A program made the position numbers and the translations under genes. 64,000 bases of DNA. Source: a virus. Position 1 is the first letter of the stretch, and every line of letters starts with the position of its first letter. Positions 19,232-29,823 of the stretch are shown here, in pieces. The stretch is from UHGV virus genome UHGV-0101699. One strand, 5' to 3'. The notes under the pieces are model-generated. The model was not told the DNA's origin, made no database searches, and was given only the letters and a program-made list of their open reading frames with translations.

Positions 19232-19780
19232 TCAGGCGCTTTCGAATGGGAGCTTATAGAAGCCGTATTTTTCCCGTGCTTTGAAAAAGCAGTGCATCAT
19301 CAGATCGGTATCATAGAGCGCGCTGTGCGCCTTAGCCTTGTCATAGACAAAACCCAATGAGAAGGCGAGTTCCTCCAGTCGCGGCCGTTTGCCGTCTTCT
19401 GTGGCCCACAGGGAAAATAGAGTGTCAATCAATGGGACGTCTGGAAGCGAAAAACCGTAACTTTTCAGCTCATGCCTAATAAACGGAATGTCGAATGCTT
19501 CGCCATTGTGGGCTATCCAAATATCGGAAGAAGAGAGGAATGAAGCGACAGATGAAGCGTGATCGGCTAGTAACGGCTCAGCGGCTAAATCTTCAAGACA
19601 GATACCGTGTACAGCTTGCGCTTTAGGATCGATACTGCGACGCGGGTTGAACCGCATTACAAAACTATCAACCATTGCCTGGGTCTCAATTTCGTACTTC
19701 ACCATTGCGATTTCAATGATCTTATGGCCTGAGAGAAAATCAATACCTGTAGATTCGATGTCCACCCCTGTAGCAATCAC
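19232..19780 (-). CDS. DnaQ-like 3'-5' exonuclease (DEDDh)
   Basis: N-terminal GVDIESTG (Exo I), HNGEAFDIPF (Exo II), later H..YD (Exo III) pattern. Confidence 0.7.
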   Translation of the reverse strand: MIATGVDIESTGIDFLSGHKIIEIAMVKYEIETQAMVDSFVMRFNPRRSIDPKAQAVHGICLEDLAAEPLLADHASSVASFLSSSDIWIAHNGEAFDIPFIRHELKSYGFSLPDVPLIDTLFSLWATEDGKRPRLEELAFSLGFVYDKAKAHSALYDTDLMMHCFFKAREKYGFYKLPFESA

Positions 19781-20571
19781 TTTTTATCTCCTTTTACTGG
19801 TCGTTTGGATGGTGTGAAAATGGCAGCTTCAACATCCCATCCCCTCAAAATTCGCTGCGAGATAATGGTCGCAGTCAAGCCAACCTCTCTTGCCCATTCG
19901 GTAATCCGCTGAGTTCTGCCACGACACTCGATCAGACGCTTACTATCTCGGTTGGCATATGTGTCGACGCTGGCGTTAAGCGCGCGATCTAATGGCCACC
20001 CCTTCTTGATTCGATAGTGAAGAGTAGATGCCTGAATCCCAGCTCTTTTAGCCCATTGTGAGAGAGTCAGCTTTTCCCCCATATGCTCCAAAATTAAGTT
20101 TGAACGCGTGTTATTGGCCTGCTCTTCAAAAGTCGCCCATCTGCAATTTTCAGGTTCGTAGTCACCATTCACATCTTTGCGATCAAGAGACATCCCTTCT
20201 GGTCGCTCTCCCATGTCAGCATAAAAATTTTCAAAGATTTGCCACCGCTCACAGACTTTGATACCTCGGCCGCCATACCACTTATAGGCGTGATGGGTTG
20301 TTTTTTCACATCGTTCCCGCATACCCAGCCATATACGATAAATTGGCGTTTTACTCATACCATGAGGCTTTATGCTACGACGATGTGCGTTGTAGACACA
20401 GCCACACGATATTGTCGCCCTGTGATTTAGCTTCCCGTAACTAACTTGGCAGGTGTTACCGCAATCGCAGATGCAATCCCAAAGTCGCCCCTGTTTGTTT
20501 GAAATACCGGAATATTTAAGTGCAACCAACTTTCCAAAACGTTTGCCTGCTATATTTACTGGTTGTCCCAT
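19777..20571 (-). CDS. homing-endonuclease-like protein (HNH/AP2-type DNA-binding domain with C-terminal HTH repeats)
   Basis: TPIYRIWLGMRERC ... YKWYGGRGIKVCERW ... SLDRKDVNGDYEPENCRWAT pattern common to phage proteins annotated as HNH endonucleases. Confidence 0.5.
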   Translation of the reverse strand: MGQPVNIAGKRFGKLVALKYSGISNKQGRLWDCICDCGNTCQVSYGKLNHRATISCGCVYNAHRRSIKPHGMSKTPIYRIWLGMRERCEKTTHHAYKWYGGRGIKVCERWQIFENFYADMGERPEGMSLDRKDVNGDYEPENCRWATFEEQANNTRSNLILEHMGEKLTLSQWAKRAGIQASTLHYRIKKGWPLDRALNASVDTYANRDSKRLIECRGRTQRITEWAREVGLTATIISQRILRGWDVEAAIFTPSKRPVKGDKK

Positions 20572-20580
20572 TACTACTCC

Positions 20581-21000
20581 TTACAGCTTTTTGGCACCTT
20601 TAAGCAGTGCGCTACGCACGAATTGAGCTGCTTTTTTGATGGTCTCCTCCTGCGATTCGCACACTACCGGCGCATGCCACTCACCAGTGGTGACGTTGAG
20701 AATGCGAATTTCATTTGTATCCAGACAAATCGACACATACAGAACCGTGCCGGCAGCCATTTTGATATGCATGGGGAAGATAGGTCGCTTGCCGCGTTCG
20801 CTGAACTGGGACATTGCCACATTCAGAACCTCTCCCACATCATCGCCTACCAATCCCTGAACGGACTCAAAAACAGCTCTGATAGCCAGCCTGGCCTCTC
20901 GTTCTGTCATCAGCGATCGGGACTGCTCGTCTGCGATGCGTGTCAGCGCCTCTATCGTTTTACGATCTAACTCATCAGCCAGAGATATTTCGCCTAACAC
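20581..21000 (-). CDS. hypothetical protein (139 aa)
   Basis: ORF. Confidence 0.5.
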   Translation of the reverse strand: MLGEISLADELDRKTIEALTRIADEQSRSLMTEREARLAIRAVFESVQGLVGDDVGEVLNVAMSQFSERGKRPIFPMHIKMAAGTVLYVSICLDTNEIRILNVTTGEWHAPVVCESQEETIKKAAQFVRSALLKGAKKL

Positions 21001-21063
21001 TCTGTTTTCCTGAAACTATTTTTGGTGACGTTATTCTGGCATTCCTTCACAGGGGAACAAGAA

Positions 21064-21714
21064 TCAGTGGAAGGTGACGCGATTTGAGATACGGCTCTCT
21101 ATACGTTCCACATGGAGGTCTATTACTCGCATGATCGAGCGTGCTCTTGCGTCAACGGATCTGCAGGTTTCCGACAGGACGAAAACCTGCAGATCTCCGG
21201 ATTTGGCCAGAGAGTTAATTTTTGTCAGCTCGCCACACATCAACGAGTCGATACGAGCGACATAAAGGCGATCAAGCGAACCTCTCTGGGCACGTTCATA
21301 ATCTTCTGCTCTCAAATTCACGCCCGGGCGCAGCCCCGCAATGGCATTAAAATTGGACAACGCGGTCTTGTGGCAAAAACGCTCAATTTCCAGCGCCAGA
21401 TCAATACATCGTTGGTCATTGGTCTGGCCTACCAAATCGAGCGTATAAGCCATCACATCAGCAGGCGTACGGTCTATTACAAAACCTTCCGCTCCGCGTG
21501 TTACCAGCTCAATATGGCGGGCAACTTCCATCTGCACCTGCAGACGCTCAAAGAGCGGCATTGGATCGCCTACGTTGACTCCAAGCCTTGTCATCAGTGC
21601 GCCGACGCCAGCATCCACATACGGAATGCCGTAATGCTCGTCGATAAACTTTGCCAGGGTTGTTTTTCCACTGCCCTGAGCGCCAGTGATCCCAATTCGG
21701 TAATCCATTACCAC
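21064..21714 (-). CDS. P-loop kinase (possible dNMP kinase)
   Basis: Walker A GITGAQGSGKTT at N-terminus; located in nucleotide-metabolism operon. Confidence 0.55.
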   Translation of the reverse strand: MVMDYRIGITGAQGSGKTTLAKFIDEHYGIPYVDAGVGALMTRLGVNVGDPMPLFERLQVQMEVARHIELVTRGAEGFVIDRTPADVMAYTLDLVGQTNDQRCIDLALEIERFCHKTALSNFNAIAGLRPGVNLRAEDYERAQRGSLDRLYVARIDSLMCGELTKINSLAKSGDLQVFVLSETCRSVDARARSIMRVIDLHVERIESRISNRVTFH

Positions 21715-22184
21715 CTTCTGTAAACAATCTGTTGGAAGCCGGGCTCATCCTCCGTTCCCCGTTGTGTATGAGCCGTTAACACAGGAAAGAAGCCGAGATT
21801 ACGCATCATTTGCCGCGGAAAATGAGCATCACTGTCAGGAACGTCTACGCCCATATGCGATAGCCAGAGTTCCTCGACGTGAGGCAGAAACAGAGAATAG
21901 ATCTGCGCACCGCCGATAACCCAAACGGGACCATCAAGCTGCATTACATCGTCCATAGTGGCAGGGTAAAAACCATTGGGCATGAACCCAGATGAGCGCG
22001 TTAGAACGACGTTATGGCGCTCCGGAAGCGGGCGCTTAAGACTTTCCATTGTCTTTCTGCCCATGACAACTGTGGCGTTTGTGGTGAGCTCTCTGAACAG
22101 TTTTAAGTCTGAGGGGCAGCGCCAGGGGAGTTCGTTTCCTCTACCGATCTCATAATTGCGACCGACAGCTGCAATCATCTTCAT
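21708..22184 (-). CDS. folA: dihydrofolate reductase
   Basis: MIAAVGRNYEIGRGNELPW ... LPERHNVVLTR ... VWVIGGAQIY matches DHFR signature. Confidence 0.85.
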   Translation of the reverse strand: MKMIAAVGRNYEIGRGNELPWRCPSDLKLFRELTTNATVVMGRKTMESLKRPLPERHNVVLTRSSGFMPNGFYPATMDDVMQLDGPVWVIGGAQIYSLFLPHVEELWLSHMGVDVPDSDAHFPRQMMRNLGFFPVLTAHTQRGTEDEPGFQQIVYRRW

Positions 22185-22594
22185 TGAGACACCTCATACA
22201 TTACCGGGCGCTGGTGAAAACCAGACAGAGCAGCTCGTAGACGCGACGAACTCACCAGTGCCGCGATCATCAGATCATCTTTATGCGCGGCAAGCGTGCG
22301 CTTTATATGGGTTTCGTAATTGACTCCACGTGGTGCCAGGTGCAGCCAGTCATAATCAATGCCGAAATCTCTCAGCCATTTCTTGGTTGCGCTTTCGAGC
22401 GCTTCCGGACGGTGGCTGATAAGCACCACTTCAGCACCAGAGCGAGCAAAGCCACGCAACATGCGGCTGGTAGGGAATATGAGCTCATCACCTGCAACGA
22501 GAGTGTCTGCGTTTTCATCAGCAGCGGCTTTACGATGGCCGGCTCTCGCCAGCACATCTTCAATTTCACATAACACATACATGCCTCTGGCCAT
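22181..22594 (-). CDS. hypothetical protein (start MARGMYVLC)
   Basis: Internal ATG 1 nt after thyA stop; the longer ORF-track version overlaps thyA completely. Confidence 0.4.
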   Translation of the reverse strand: MARGMYVLCEIEDVLARAGHRKAAADENADTLVAGDELIFPTSRMLRGFARSGAEVVLISHRPEALESATKKWLRDFGIDYDWLHLAPRGVNYETHIKRTLAAHKDDLMIAALVSSSRLRAALSGFHQRPVMYEVSQ

Positions 22595-22595
22595 A

Positions 22596-23699
22596 TCACA
22601 CCGCCACTGGAGCCTTAATCCATGGAAGTGGTTCGTAGCCGAAGATCTGCACGCCGTCCCATTTGAAGTCATCCAACTCTTCCCATTCGTGCGGGAAGAC
22701 GACGATGGGGTCGGACGACTCCGGATGTTCGCGAGCCAGTAGCTCTTCAACCTGCTCCAAGTGGTGGTTGTAAATGTGAACATCAAAGCCGAAATGGACG
22801 AAGGCGCCAGCCATGTGACCCGTAATCTTCGCAATGAACTGCGTGAGGATGCCGTAACCGGCAATATTGAATGGCATACCAAGGAAAGTATCGACACTCC
22901 GCTGCACCAGGCAGGAGTTCAGGATACGTTTAGGGATACCAAGCTCATCCAGCATTGGCTCAGAGATACTGCCTCGCTGCTCTATCAGGCAAAGCATCTG
23001 GGTATAGATCGATTCATAGCCATGCCGGTTATGCTGGATGCCAATATCGGTGGCCATAGACAAACGGGTCTGGAAATCGAGCTCACGACTCCATACGGAT
23101 AACACAAAGTGGCAAGGTGGAAGCTTCATGTCCTCCAGCTCACCAACATTCCAAGCATTAAGCAGGATGCGGCGATCGGTCGGGTCGTTGCGCAACTGAT
23201 CAACCATACGTTGTAACTGATCGATTTCACGGGTGATAACGACGCGGTCTTCATTCAGCCCAATGTAACCTTCAACGCGATAACCACGTTCCAGGAAGAT
23301 GTCCTCCTTAAGGCGATACTCGCTGTAAGGGACAATTCTGGTGTCCTCCCATCGGCGCCACTGCTTGCCATATACAGGCCCTAAATCGCCATTATCGTCG
23401 GCCCAAGCATCCCAGATCTTCACACCATGCTCTTTAAGGAACCCAATGTTGCCTGAACCTTGTAAATACCATTCAAGCTCAACCAGTAGCGGTTTCAGGT
23501 TTACCTGTTTTGAAGAAATGAGCGGAACAGCCCCGCCGGTAAGCATGTAGTAGGAAGGCACATAAGAAACGCCAAGCGTACCGGTGCCGGTGCGATCTTC
23601 GGAAGGAACGCCGGTATCAACAACGGTCTGAATGACACGGCCATAAGAGCTCGAAGCCAGCTGACCGTTACTGAATTCTCGATTAAGTAAAAAAGACAA
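22596..23699 (-). CDS. thyA: thymidylate synthase (TTG start, N-terminal extension)
   Basis: DRTGTGTL ... LPPCH ... motifs; GAGG RBS 7 nt upstream of TTG. Confidence 0.85.
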   Translation of the reverse strand: MSFLLNREFSNGQLASSSYGRVIQTVVDTGVPSEDRTGTGTLGVSYVPSYYMLTGGAVPLISSKQVNLKPLLVELEWYLQGSGNIGFLKEHGVKIWDAWADDNGDLGPVYGKQWRRWEDTRIVPYSEYRLKEDIFLERGYRVEGYIGLNEDRVVITREIDQLQRMVDQLRNDPTDRRILLNAWNVGELEDMKLPPCHFVLSVWSRELDFQTRLSMATDIGIQHNRHGYESIYTQMLCLIEQRGSISEPMLDELGIPKRILNSCLVQRSVDTFLGMPFNIAGYGILTQFIAKITGHMAGAFVHFGFDVHIYNHHLEQVEELLAREHPESSDPIVVFPHEWEELDDFKWDGVQIFGYEPLPWIKAPVAV

Positions 23700-23892
23700 G
23701 ATGACCTCAAATGATAAGTATGTACATACCTATCATTTTAAACACAGAGAAGACATCCAGGCTAGAAATTAAGTAAAAAAATGGTGGCCACGGGGCCACC
23801 AACGCTCAACTTTATCGAAAATAAAGATTGATAAGGATAGAAATAGACAATAGATCACACGTCCATTTCAATATATATTGATAAGTTAGTAC

Positions 23893-24768
23893 TTACAAGG
23901 TGTTTTTAACCACTTCATACAGCGAAGATGCCTGTGCTTGCTCAAGGAAACGAGACAGATCGACATCGCTATATGTCGGCGATTTAAGGATTTTTCCATC
24001 AGACAGGCGATAGCCGATCATCATGTCAGTGCCGTCAGCATGGCGGAATCCGAGGTCATTCTTATCATATTTACATCTCTCAACGGCAAGACGACGCGCT
24101 TCAGCATCCGCCGGCCACAGCTTTGTCATATTAGAACGGTGGATCTCCGCCACCAGCTCCACGACGTCGACGCCAAGGAATTCAGCCAGGCGATACACCA
24201 TCATGCACGCCACATAGATTTTGTTCATCACGCGGCGCAGATCCTGAATCAGCTCAGCATCACCTACCTTGTTATGTTCAAGTTTATCGGCCAGCGCGGC
24301 CAACATAAGCGCAGCTTCTTCTGCTTCATTGAAGGGGATGGCCATATCGTCGAAGACGGTATTTCCAGGCACCATAATGGTATGAATAAAGCGATCGACG
24401 CTTTGCTCCTGAGTGTAGTAGCTCATGCCAGTTGATAGCCCACCTTTGATGGCTACCATCGTCCCGACACCCACATACAGGAAATCAGCCATTGCATCCA
24501 GCAATCCCTGCATATCCCCCTTTTTCGCTGCAGGCAGCCCTTCTTCTACCGCCTCTTCATGGATCAGCTTAGCGCGCAGGCGCAGCAGCTCCGGAGTGGG
24601 CATTACACGACGCGGGTGCTGAAACAGCTCGTGGAACTGGTCAACCATCTTGTAAATACTCTCTGTCGCTTCTCCAAAACCGGGGTTCAGCTCATATGGC
24701 TCTGGTTTGAAGCCCACCAGTTTATCGGTGGCCAGCTTGAGATGGTCGGTCAGTTTCGTTAATTTCAT
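23893..24768 (-). CDS. putative all-alpha NTP pyrophosphohydrolase (MazG/dimeric dUTPase-like), tentative
   Basis: Acidic helix motifs EEAVEEG ... DAMADFLYV; position next to thyA/nrd genes. Confidence 0.4.
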   Translation of the reverse strand: MKLTKLTDHLKLATDKLVGFKPEPYELNPGFGEATESIYKMVDQFHELFQHPRRVMPTPELLRLRAKLIHEEAVEEGLPAAKKGDMQGLLDAMADFLYVGVGTMVAIKGGLSTGMSYYTQEQSVDRFIHTIMVPGNTVFDDMAIPFNEAEEAALMLAALADKLEHNKVGDAELIQDLRRVMNKIYVACMMVYRLAEFLGVDVVELVAEIHRSNMTKLWPADAEARRLAVERCKYDKNDLGFRHADGTDMMIGYRLSDGKILKSPTYSDVDLSRFLEQAQASSLYEVVKNTL

Positions 24769-24845
24769 GCTTTATCTTTCCTTAGTGCTTTTTTTCGCGT
24801 TCATTGTGGCCCAGAGCGACCAGGCCACAAAATCTTTATCCAGGC

Positions 24846-25988
24846 TTACAAATCGGCAAACTGGCTTAGGCCAGCGCGATCAACAGCGGAGTCAATCTGG
24901 CCAACGAGATAAGTGCTTTGCTCAGCTTCCTGCGGTGCAATCTGCAAGGTGTCGGACAACAGCCATTTGTTCATCCACACCAGCGGGTCATCTTTTATCT
25001 CCGGGTACAGTGGTTTCAGGCCAAGACGGCGCATCGCAAGATTGGTTCGGTATTTAACATAGCTTTTCAGGATATCGGCGTTTAAACCAATCATTGAGCC
25101 GTCTTTAAACAGATAATCTGCCCAGCGCATTTCCTGTTCGGCAACGTCCATCATGGTCTGATAGATGAATGGTTCCTCATCCGCAGCGATCTGGGCCCAT
25201 AGCAAGCCTTCGCGGCCTGTACGCATAAACCGGAGCATTCGTTCTGTGCCTTCGCAATGAAGCGCCTCATCGCGCGCAATGAAACGCATGATTTTGGTGT
25301 TGCCCTCAAGTAATTTCCTTTCTCCAAAAGCAAACGTACAGGCGAAGCTAACGTAAAAACGAATGGCCTCCAGCGCGTTGATGGATACCAAAGTACGGAA
25401 CAGCTGGCGCTGGAGAGGGTAGGGCTTTCCGTCAAATTCGGAGACGTAGAGCCGTTCGAATTCATCTTCTCCCAGATGCTGGCGCGCGCAGGTCATCTCA
25501 TAGAGCTTGTCGTACTCTGTAGAGATACTGATAGCCCGGCTGATAATTTCCTCGTCGGTCACAATGCCATCGAAGACAATGCTCGGATCATCCACCATGC
25601 CGCGAATAATATGGGTGTAGCTGCGGCTGTGAATGGTTTCAGAAAACGACCATGTTTCCACCCACGTTTCGAGCTCTGGAATTGAAATAAGCGGCAGCAG
25701 CGTTGCGTTTGGGCTGCGTCCCTGAACGGAATCCAGCAGAGTCTGGTAACGGAGGTTGCTCAGGAAAATGTGTCGCTCATGCTCTTGCAGCTTAGTATTG
25801 AAATCGATGCGATCGGTGGTTATGTCGACTTCTTCCGGGCGCCAGAAGAAGGAGAGTTGTTTTTCGATCAGCTTTTCGAAATCGCGGTACTTCTGCTGAT
25901 CGTAGCGCGCAACGTTGACAGACTGCCCGAGGAACATAGGCTCTTTGGTTGCGTCGTTAGCGCCCAAACGGAAAGTGGAGTAACTCAT
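24846..25988 (-). CDS. nrdB: ribonucleotide reductase class Ia beta subunit
   Basis: Diiron/tyrosyl-radical motifs ([31 protein letters not shown]). Confidence 0.85.
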   Translation of the reverse strand: MSYSTFRLGANDATKEPMFLGQSVNVARYDQQKYRDFEKLIEKQLSFFWRPEEVDITTDRIDFNTKLQEHERHIFLSNLRYQTLLDSVQGRSPNATLLPLISIPELETWVETWSFSETIHSRSYTHIIRGMVDDPSIVFDGIVTDEEIISRAISISTEYDKLYEMTCARQHLGEDEFERLYVSEFDGKPYPLQRQLFRTLVSINALEAIRFYVSFACTFAFGERKLLEGNTKIMRFIARDEALHCEGTERMLRFMRTGREGLLWAQIAADEEPFIYQTMMDVAEQEMRWADYLFKDGSMIGLNADILKSYVKYRTNLAMRRLGLKPLYPEIKDDPLVWMNKWLLSDTLQIAPQEAEQSTYLVGQIDSAVDRAGLSQFADL

Positions 25989-26118
25989 GTGTTTCCCTTT
26001 GAATGTTATCGGTATTATTAAACAATTTGATTAGATGCACTTCTAAACAAATTATTATCTTATTGGTTAAAATGAGGCATTCAATGAAGTGAAAGGTGGG
26101 GATATCTCCCCACGCTTA

Positions 26119-28422
26119 TTAGATTTTGCATGCGCCATCGCACTCATCTTCTGGCTCAACCAACGCAACAGAGGCCAGATCATCGTCTTCACGCTTACCG
26201 GCACCATCTCGTGTGTTGTGGTAATAAAGCGTCTTCACGCCTTGCTGATAAGCGAAGAGCAGATCTTCAAGCAACTTCATCATTGGAACCTTGTCGCCCG
26301 GGAAGCGAGTAGGGTCATAGTTGGTGTTGGCTGAAATAGCCTGGTCAAAGAACTTCTGAATGATCGCAACTTTGGTCAGATAGCCGCGGTTATCCGGCAT
26401 ATCCCAAAGGTACTCGTACTGATCTTTCAGCTCAGCAAAGTCCGGAACCACCATTTTCACAATGCCGTCTTTGGATGATTTCACGGAAACAGGACCACGC
26501 GGCGGTTCGATACCATTTGTGGAGTTGGTGATTTGGCTGGACGTTTCGCACGGCATCTGAGCTGTCAGGGTAGAGTTACGCAGACCATATTCGCGTATGC
26601 GGCCACGCAGCTCTTCCCAAGGCATTTTCAGCTCAAAAGACGTATCAGGGTTGGCATCAAGCGACTTGCGGTAATGGTCAATCGGCAGCTGTCCCTGGGC
26701 ATATTTAGTTTGGGAAAACCAATCACAGGCACCTTTGGCTTCCGCCAGCCGGCAACTTGCATCAAGCAGGTAATACTGGATCGCTTCAAACGTTTCATGC
26801 ACCAGCTGGTTGCCGGCCGGATCAGAGTAGTTAAATCCGTTCTTCGCCAGATAGTACGCAAGATTGGTAACGCCGACGCCCAAACTACGACGTGCTTTTG
26901 CCGGAATTTCCGCTGCGGCCATCGGGTAATCCTGATAGTCGAGTAGGGAATCGAGCGCAGCCACCGCATAGAATGCGACCTCTTTCAGCGTGTCCAGTGA
27001 GCGTAATGCCCCCAGATTAAACGCAGACAGCGTGCAAAGGGCGATCTCACCATCGGGGTCATCGGTAAACGCCAGCGGTTTAGTTGGCAGCGTAATCTCC
27101 ATGCATAAGTTTGACTGGTGAACTGGAGCGACTTTCGGCTCGAAGGCGCCGTGTTCGTTCATATGGTCAACGTTCGCAATATACACGCGGCCGGTAGAGG
27201 CTCGTTCCTGCATCAGGGTTGAGAACAGATCAACAGCAGGAACGGATTTCTTGCGGATGCTCTCGTCAGCTTCATATTGCAGGTACAGCGCTTCGAATTT
27301 GTCCTGATCGACAAAGAAAGCATCATAGAGCCCCGGTACATCATGCGGGCTGAACAGCGTAATATTCTCGTTGCGTACCAGGCGGCGATACATCAGGCGG
27401 TTGATCATTACGCCATAGTCCAGATGACGAACACGGTTCTCCTCGATGCCGCGGTTATTCTTCAATACCAGCAGACTTTCAACTTCCAGATGCCAAATAG
27501 GGTAGAAAGCCGTCGCTGCGCCACCTCGAACGCCACCCTGCGAGCATGATTTCACAGCGGTCTGGAAGTGTTTCAGAAAGGGGATTACGCCAGTGTGGGT
27601 GGCTTCTCCATTGCGGATCTCACTCCCCAATGCACGCAGTCGGCCAAAACCAATCCCAATGCCAGCACGACGCGACACGTAATCGATAATGGCAGAGGAC
27701 GCAGCGCTGATCCCTTTCAAACTGTCTTCGGACTCAATCAGAACGCAGCTGGAGAACTGGCGCGTCGGGGTACGGACGCCGGCCATGATTGGGGTGGGCA
27801 GAGACAATTTGAATGTACTGGTGACGTCATAGAACCCCTTCACCATTTCCAGACGTGTTTTGCCGGCACAACCATCTTCCCAATTCTGGAAAAGACACAT
27901 ACCCACCAGCATATACAGCTGCTGCGGGGCTTCGTAGATTTCGCCGGTGACTCGGTTCTGGACGAGGTACTTACTCGCCAGCTGAACAGTCGCGGCATAA
28001 CCAAAGAGTTCGTCACGCATGGGTTTGATATACACGCCAAGTTCTGCGATCTCTTCGCGGGAGTAAAACTTAAGCAAATCCTCATCGTAAACGCCGCGGC
28101 TGACGTTGCTGACGATATGATGATAGAAACTTGGGTAAGCGTATTCGCCGAAGGCATCTTTGCGAATTTTGAACATGTTCAGGCGTGCTGCGACCTGGGA
28201 GTAGTTCGGAGTTTCAGGCGAAATAAGATCTGCAGCCGACTTAACCAATGCCTCATGAAGCTGCGAAGTTGTCATGCCGTCAAAAATGCTCGCGGCGGCG
28301 CCCATGGCTACGGCAGAGGCGCTTACGTTACGTATACCTTCTACCCCCCACATCACGACGCGGTTGTACTTCTCTTCGGATAGCGGCTCTGTGGAGCCAT
28401 TACGTTTGACAATCCTTATCAT
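26119..28422 (-). CDS. nrdA: ribonucleotide reductase class Ia alpha subunit
   Basis: ATP-cone N-terminus (VKRNGSTEPL), catalytic NLCMEI and C-terminal Cys pair (ECDGACKI). Confidence 0.9.
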   Translation of the reverse strand: MIRIVKRNGSTEPLSEEKYNRVVMWGVEGIRNVSASAVAMGAAASIFDGMTTSQLHEALVKSAADLISPETPNYSQVAARLNMFKIRKDAFGEYAYPSFYHHIVSNVSRGVYDEDLLKFYSREEIAELGVYIKPMRDELFGYAATVQLASKYLVQNRVTGEIYEAPQQLYMLVGMCLFQNWEDGCAGKTRLEMVKGFYDVTSTFKLSLPTPIMAGVRTPTRQFSSCVLIESEDSLKGISAASSAIIDYVSRRAGIGIGFGRLRALGSEIRNGEATHTGVIPFLKHFQTAVKSCSQGGVRGGAATAFYPIWHLEVESLLVLKNNRGIEENRVRHLDYGVMINRLMYRRLVRNENITLFSPHDVPGLYDAFFVDQDKFEALYLQYEADESIRKKSVPAVDLFSTLMQERASTGRVYIANVDHMNEHGAFEPKVAPVHQSNLCMEITLPTKPLAFTDDPDGEIALCTLSAFNLGALRSLDTLKEVAFYAVAALDSLLDYQDYPMAAAEIPAKARRSLGVGVTNLAYYLAKNGFNYSDPAGNQLVHETFEAIQYYLLDASCRLAEAKGACDWFSQTKYAQGQLPIDHYRKSLDANPDTSFELKMPWEELRGRIREYGLRNSTLTAQMPCETSSQITNSTNGIEPPRGPVSVKSSKDGIVKMVVPDFAELKDQYEYLWDMPDNRGYLTKVAIIQKFFDQAISANTNYDPTRFPGDKVPMMKLLEDLLFAYQQGVKTLYYHNTRDGAGKREDDDLASVALVEPEDECDGACKI

Positions 28423-28497
28423 GTATCACCCATCAAAAAAGGCCACTAAATGTAGTGGCCTATAGTATTAAATAAGTACTTACCTATCAATTGAGGA

Positions 28498-29067
28498 TTA
28501 TAAAATCCCTTTAAGAACGTCGCGCACTTGTCGGAACTGGTCTGTCTGCATTCCAGAATATATCGAAGCTATGGCATCAGCCAGGTGCTCATTCTTGGCA
28601 ACGAGTACGTCTTTTCCCGCTTGTTTCCGACGCAACCAAGGGGCATCAGGCTGTTTTGCAATCGCCCACTGGATGATCTCTTCTTTAGATGTGGTCAGTT
28701 TATTCCCGACGTAGTGCTTAATTTCATTTGGCGTAACCTGGATAAGTGGCTTATCAACGCAAGCAAGAACACCGATACACACACCGTAAGAAGTCTGCGC
28801 GCGAGAGCTTTGACTACCTACCGGCAGTTCACAAAACACTATGTGGGCCTGTTCAATGATGGGCCTGGCGGTGCGCCAGATCTCTTTGGCCCGGCGCAGA
28901 TCATCGCTGTTTACTCTGACGGTTTTCTTCGTTCCGCCGGCTTTGGTTTCAACCAGTTCAAGACCGTGGATTTCAAGTTTGTCTGTATCCAGATCCAGCG
29001 TACCAATGGCCAGCCCGAAGTTGCTCATTGAAGGGTCGACGCCAACTACTTTGATCACTTTACTCAT
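28498..29067 (-). CDS. RuvC-like Holliday junction resolvase
   Basis: N-terminal VVGVDPSMSNFGLAIG and downstream acidic residues typical of phage RuvC/A22 resolvases. Confidence 0.6.
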   Translation of the reverse strand: MSKVIKVVGVDPSMSNFGLAIGTLDLDTDKLEIHGLELVETKAGGTKKTVRVNSDDLRRAKEIWRTARPIIEQAHIVFCELPVGSQSSRAQTSYGVCIGVLACVDKPLIQVTPNEIKHYVGNKLTTSKEEIIQWAIAKQPDAPWLRRKQAGKDVLVAKNEHLADAIASIYSGMQTDQFRQVRDVLKGIL

Positions 29068-29076
29068 AGAGTTTCC

Positions 29077-29823
29077 TTACCATGTTGCCCATACCGGGCA
29101 TTCCATTAATTTCTCTTCCAGGGTTTTAACTGGAGACTTGCGAACGGGCTCTGGAATGCGGCTCACCACATGTATGTTGTCACTGGTCAGCACACCATTT
29201 TCTATGTCTGCGTCGATCATGCTCTGCCCGATGAAGTAGGACATGATATCTATCAGCTTACGCGCAACCATCCCGTTAAAACGAAGTACATAGGGGACAG
29301 AGAGCTCAACCATTGCCTTATCGCCATCTTCAGTCTCAAAGCTTAATTTGCCTCTTCCTGGAAATGTCTCAAGTGTATCGTAATTGAAATCGATGCCAGC
29401 AAATGCCTTGCCTGGCATTGCAACCTGCCCAGCACGTGCATTTGCCAGTCGAGTCAGGTTAGTAAACGCGCTGCTGGTATGCGCCTCTATAGCCCCGTAC
29501 TGCGCATCATCTTTGATAACCATCTCAGGTGATTCCGGGATCACCACGAACCCAGGCCCAGTGTGTGGAAGATAGCCACCTTCCGAAAATGGGTTGATCA
29601 GAATGGGCGCTGTACTTCCTGACGGCATCGATTTCAGACTTGGCATCAACGGGGTCTTGAAAAGTAGATCTTTCAGAGCCGTAAACTGCTCCGTCTCAAT
29701 ATTGAGATTTTGCCAACCGACACCAGGAGCCGCCCCAGCAGCGGTATAGCTGTTAATCAGCCTGAATGACTGCATCACAGCAAACATTTGCAAAAACTGC
29801 GTGCGGCTAAGATTAAACGACAT
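29077..29823 (-). CDS. hypothetical protein (248 aa)
   Basis: ORF coupled to SbcC-like gene. Confidence 0.55.
   Translation of the reverse strand: MSFNLSRTQFLQMFAVMQSFRLINSYTAAGAAPGVGWQNLNIETEQFTALKDLLFKTPLMPSLKSMPSGSTAPILINPFSEGGYLPHTGPGFVVIPESPEMVIKDDAQYGAIEAHTSSAFTNLTRLANARAGQVAMPGKAFAGIDFNYDTLETFPGRGKLSFETEDGDKAMVELSVPYVLRFNGMVARKLIDIMSYFIGQSMIDADIENGVLTSDNIHVVSRIPEPVRKSPVKTLEEKLMECPVWATW

Noticed and set aside
28431-28460. Hairpin plus T-run immediately upstream of the nrdA start as a terminator
   Set aside because: It lies between a late-type motif and the nrdA RBS on the same strand. It is more likely a 5'-leader stem-loop of the nrd transcript than a terminator. Left unresolved.
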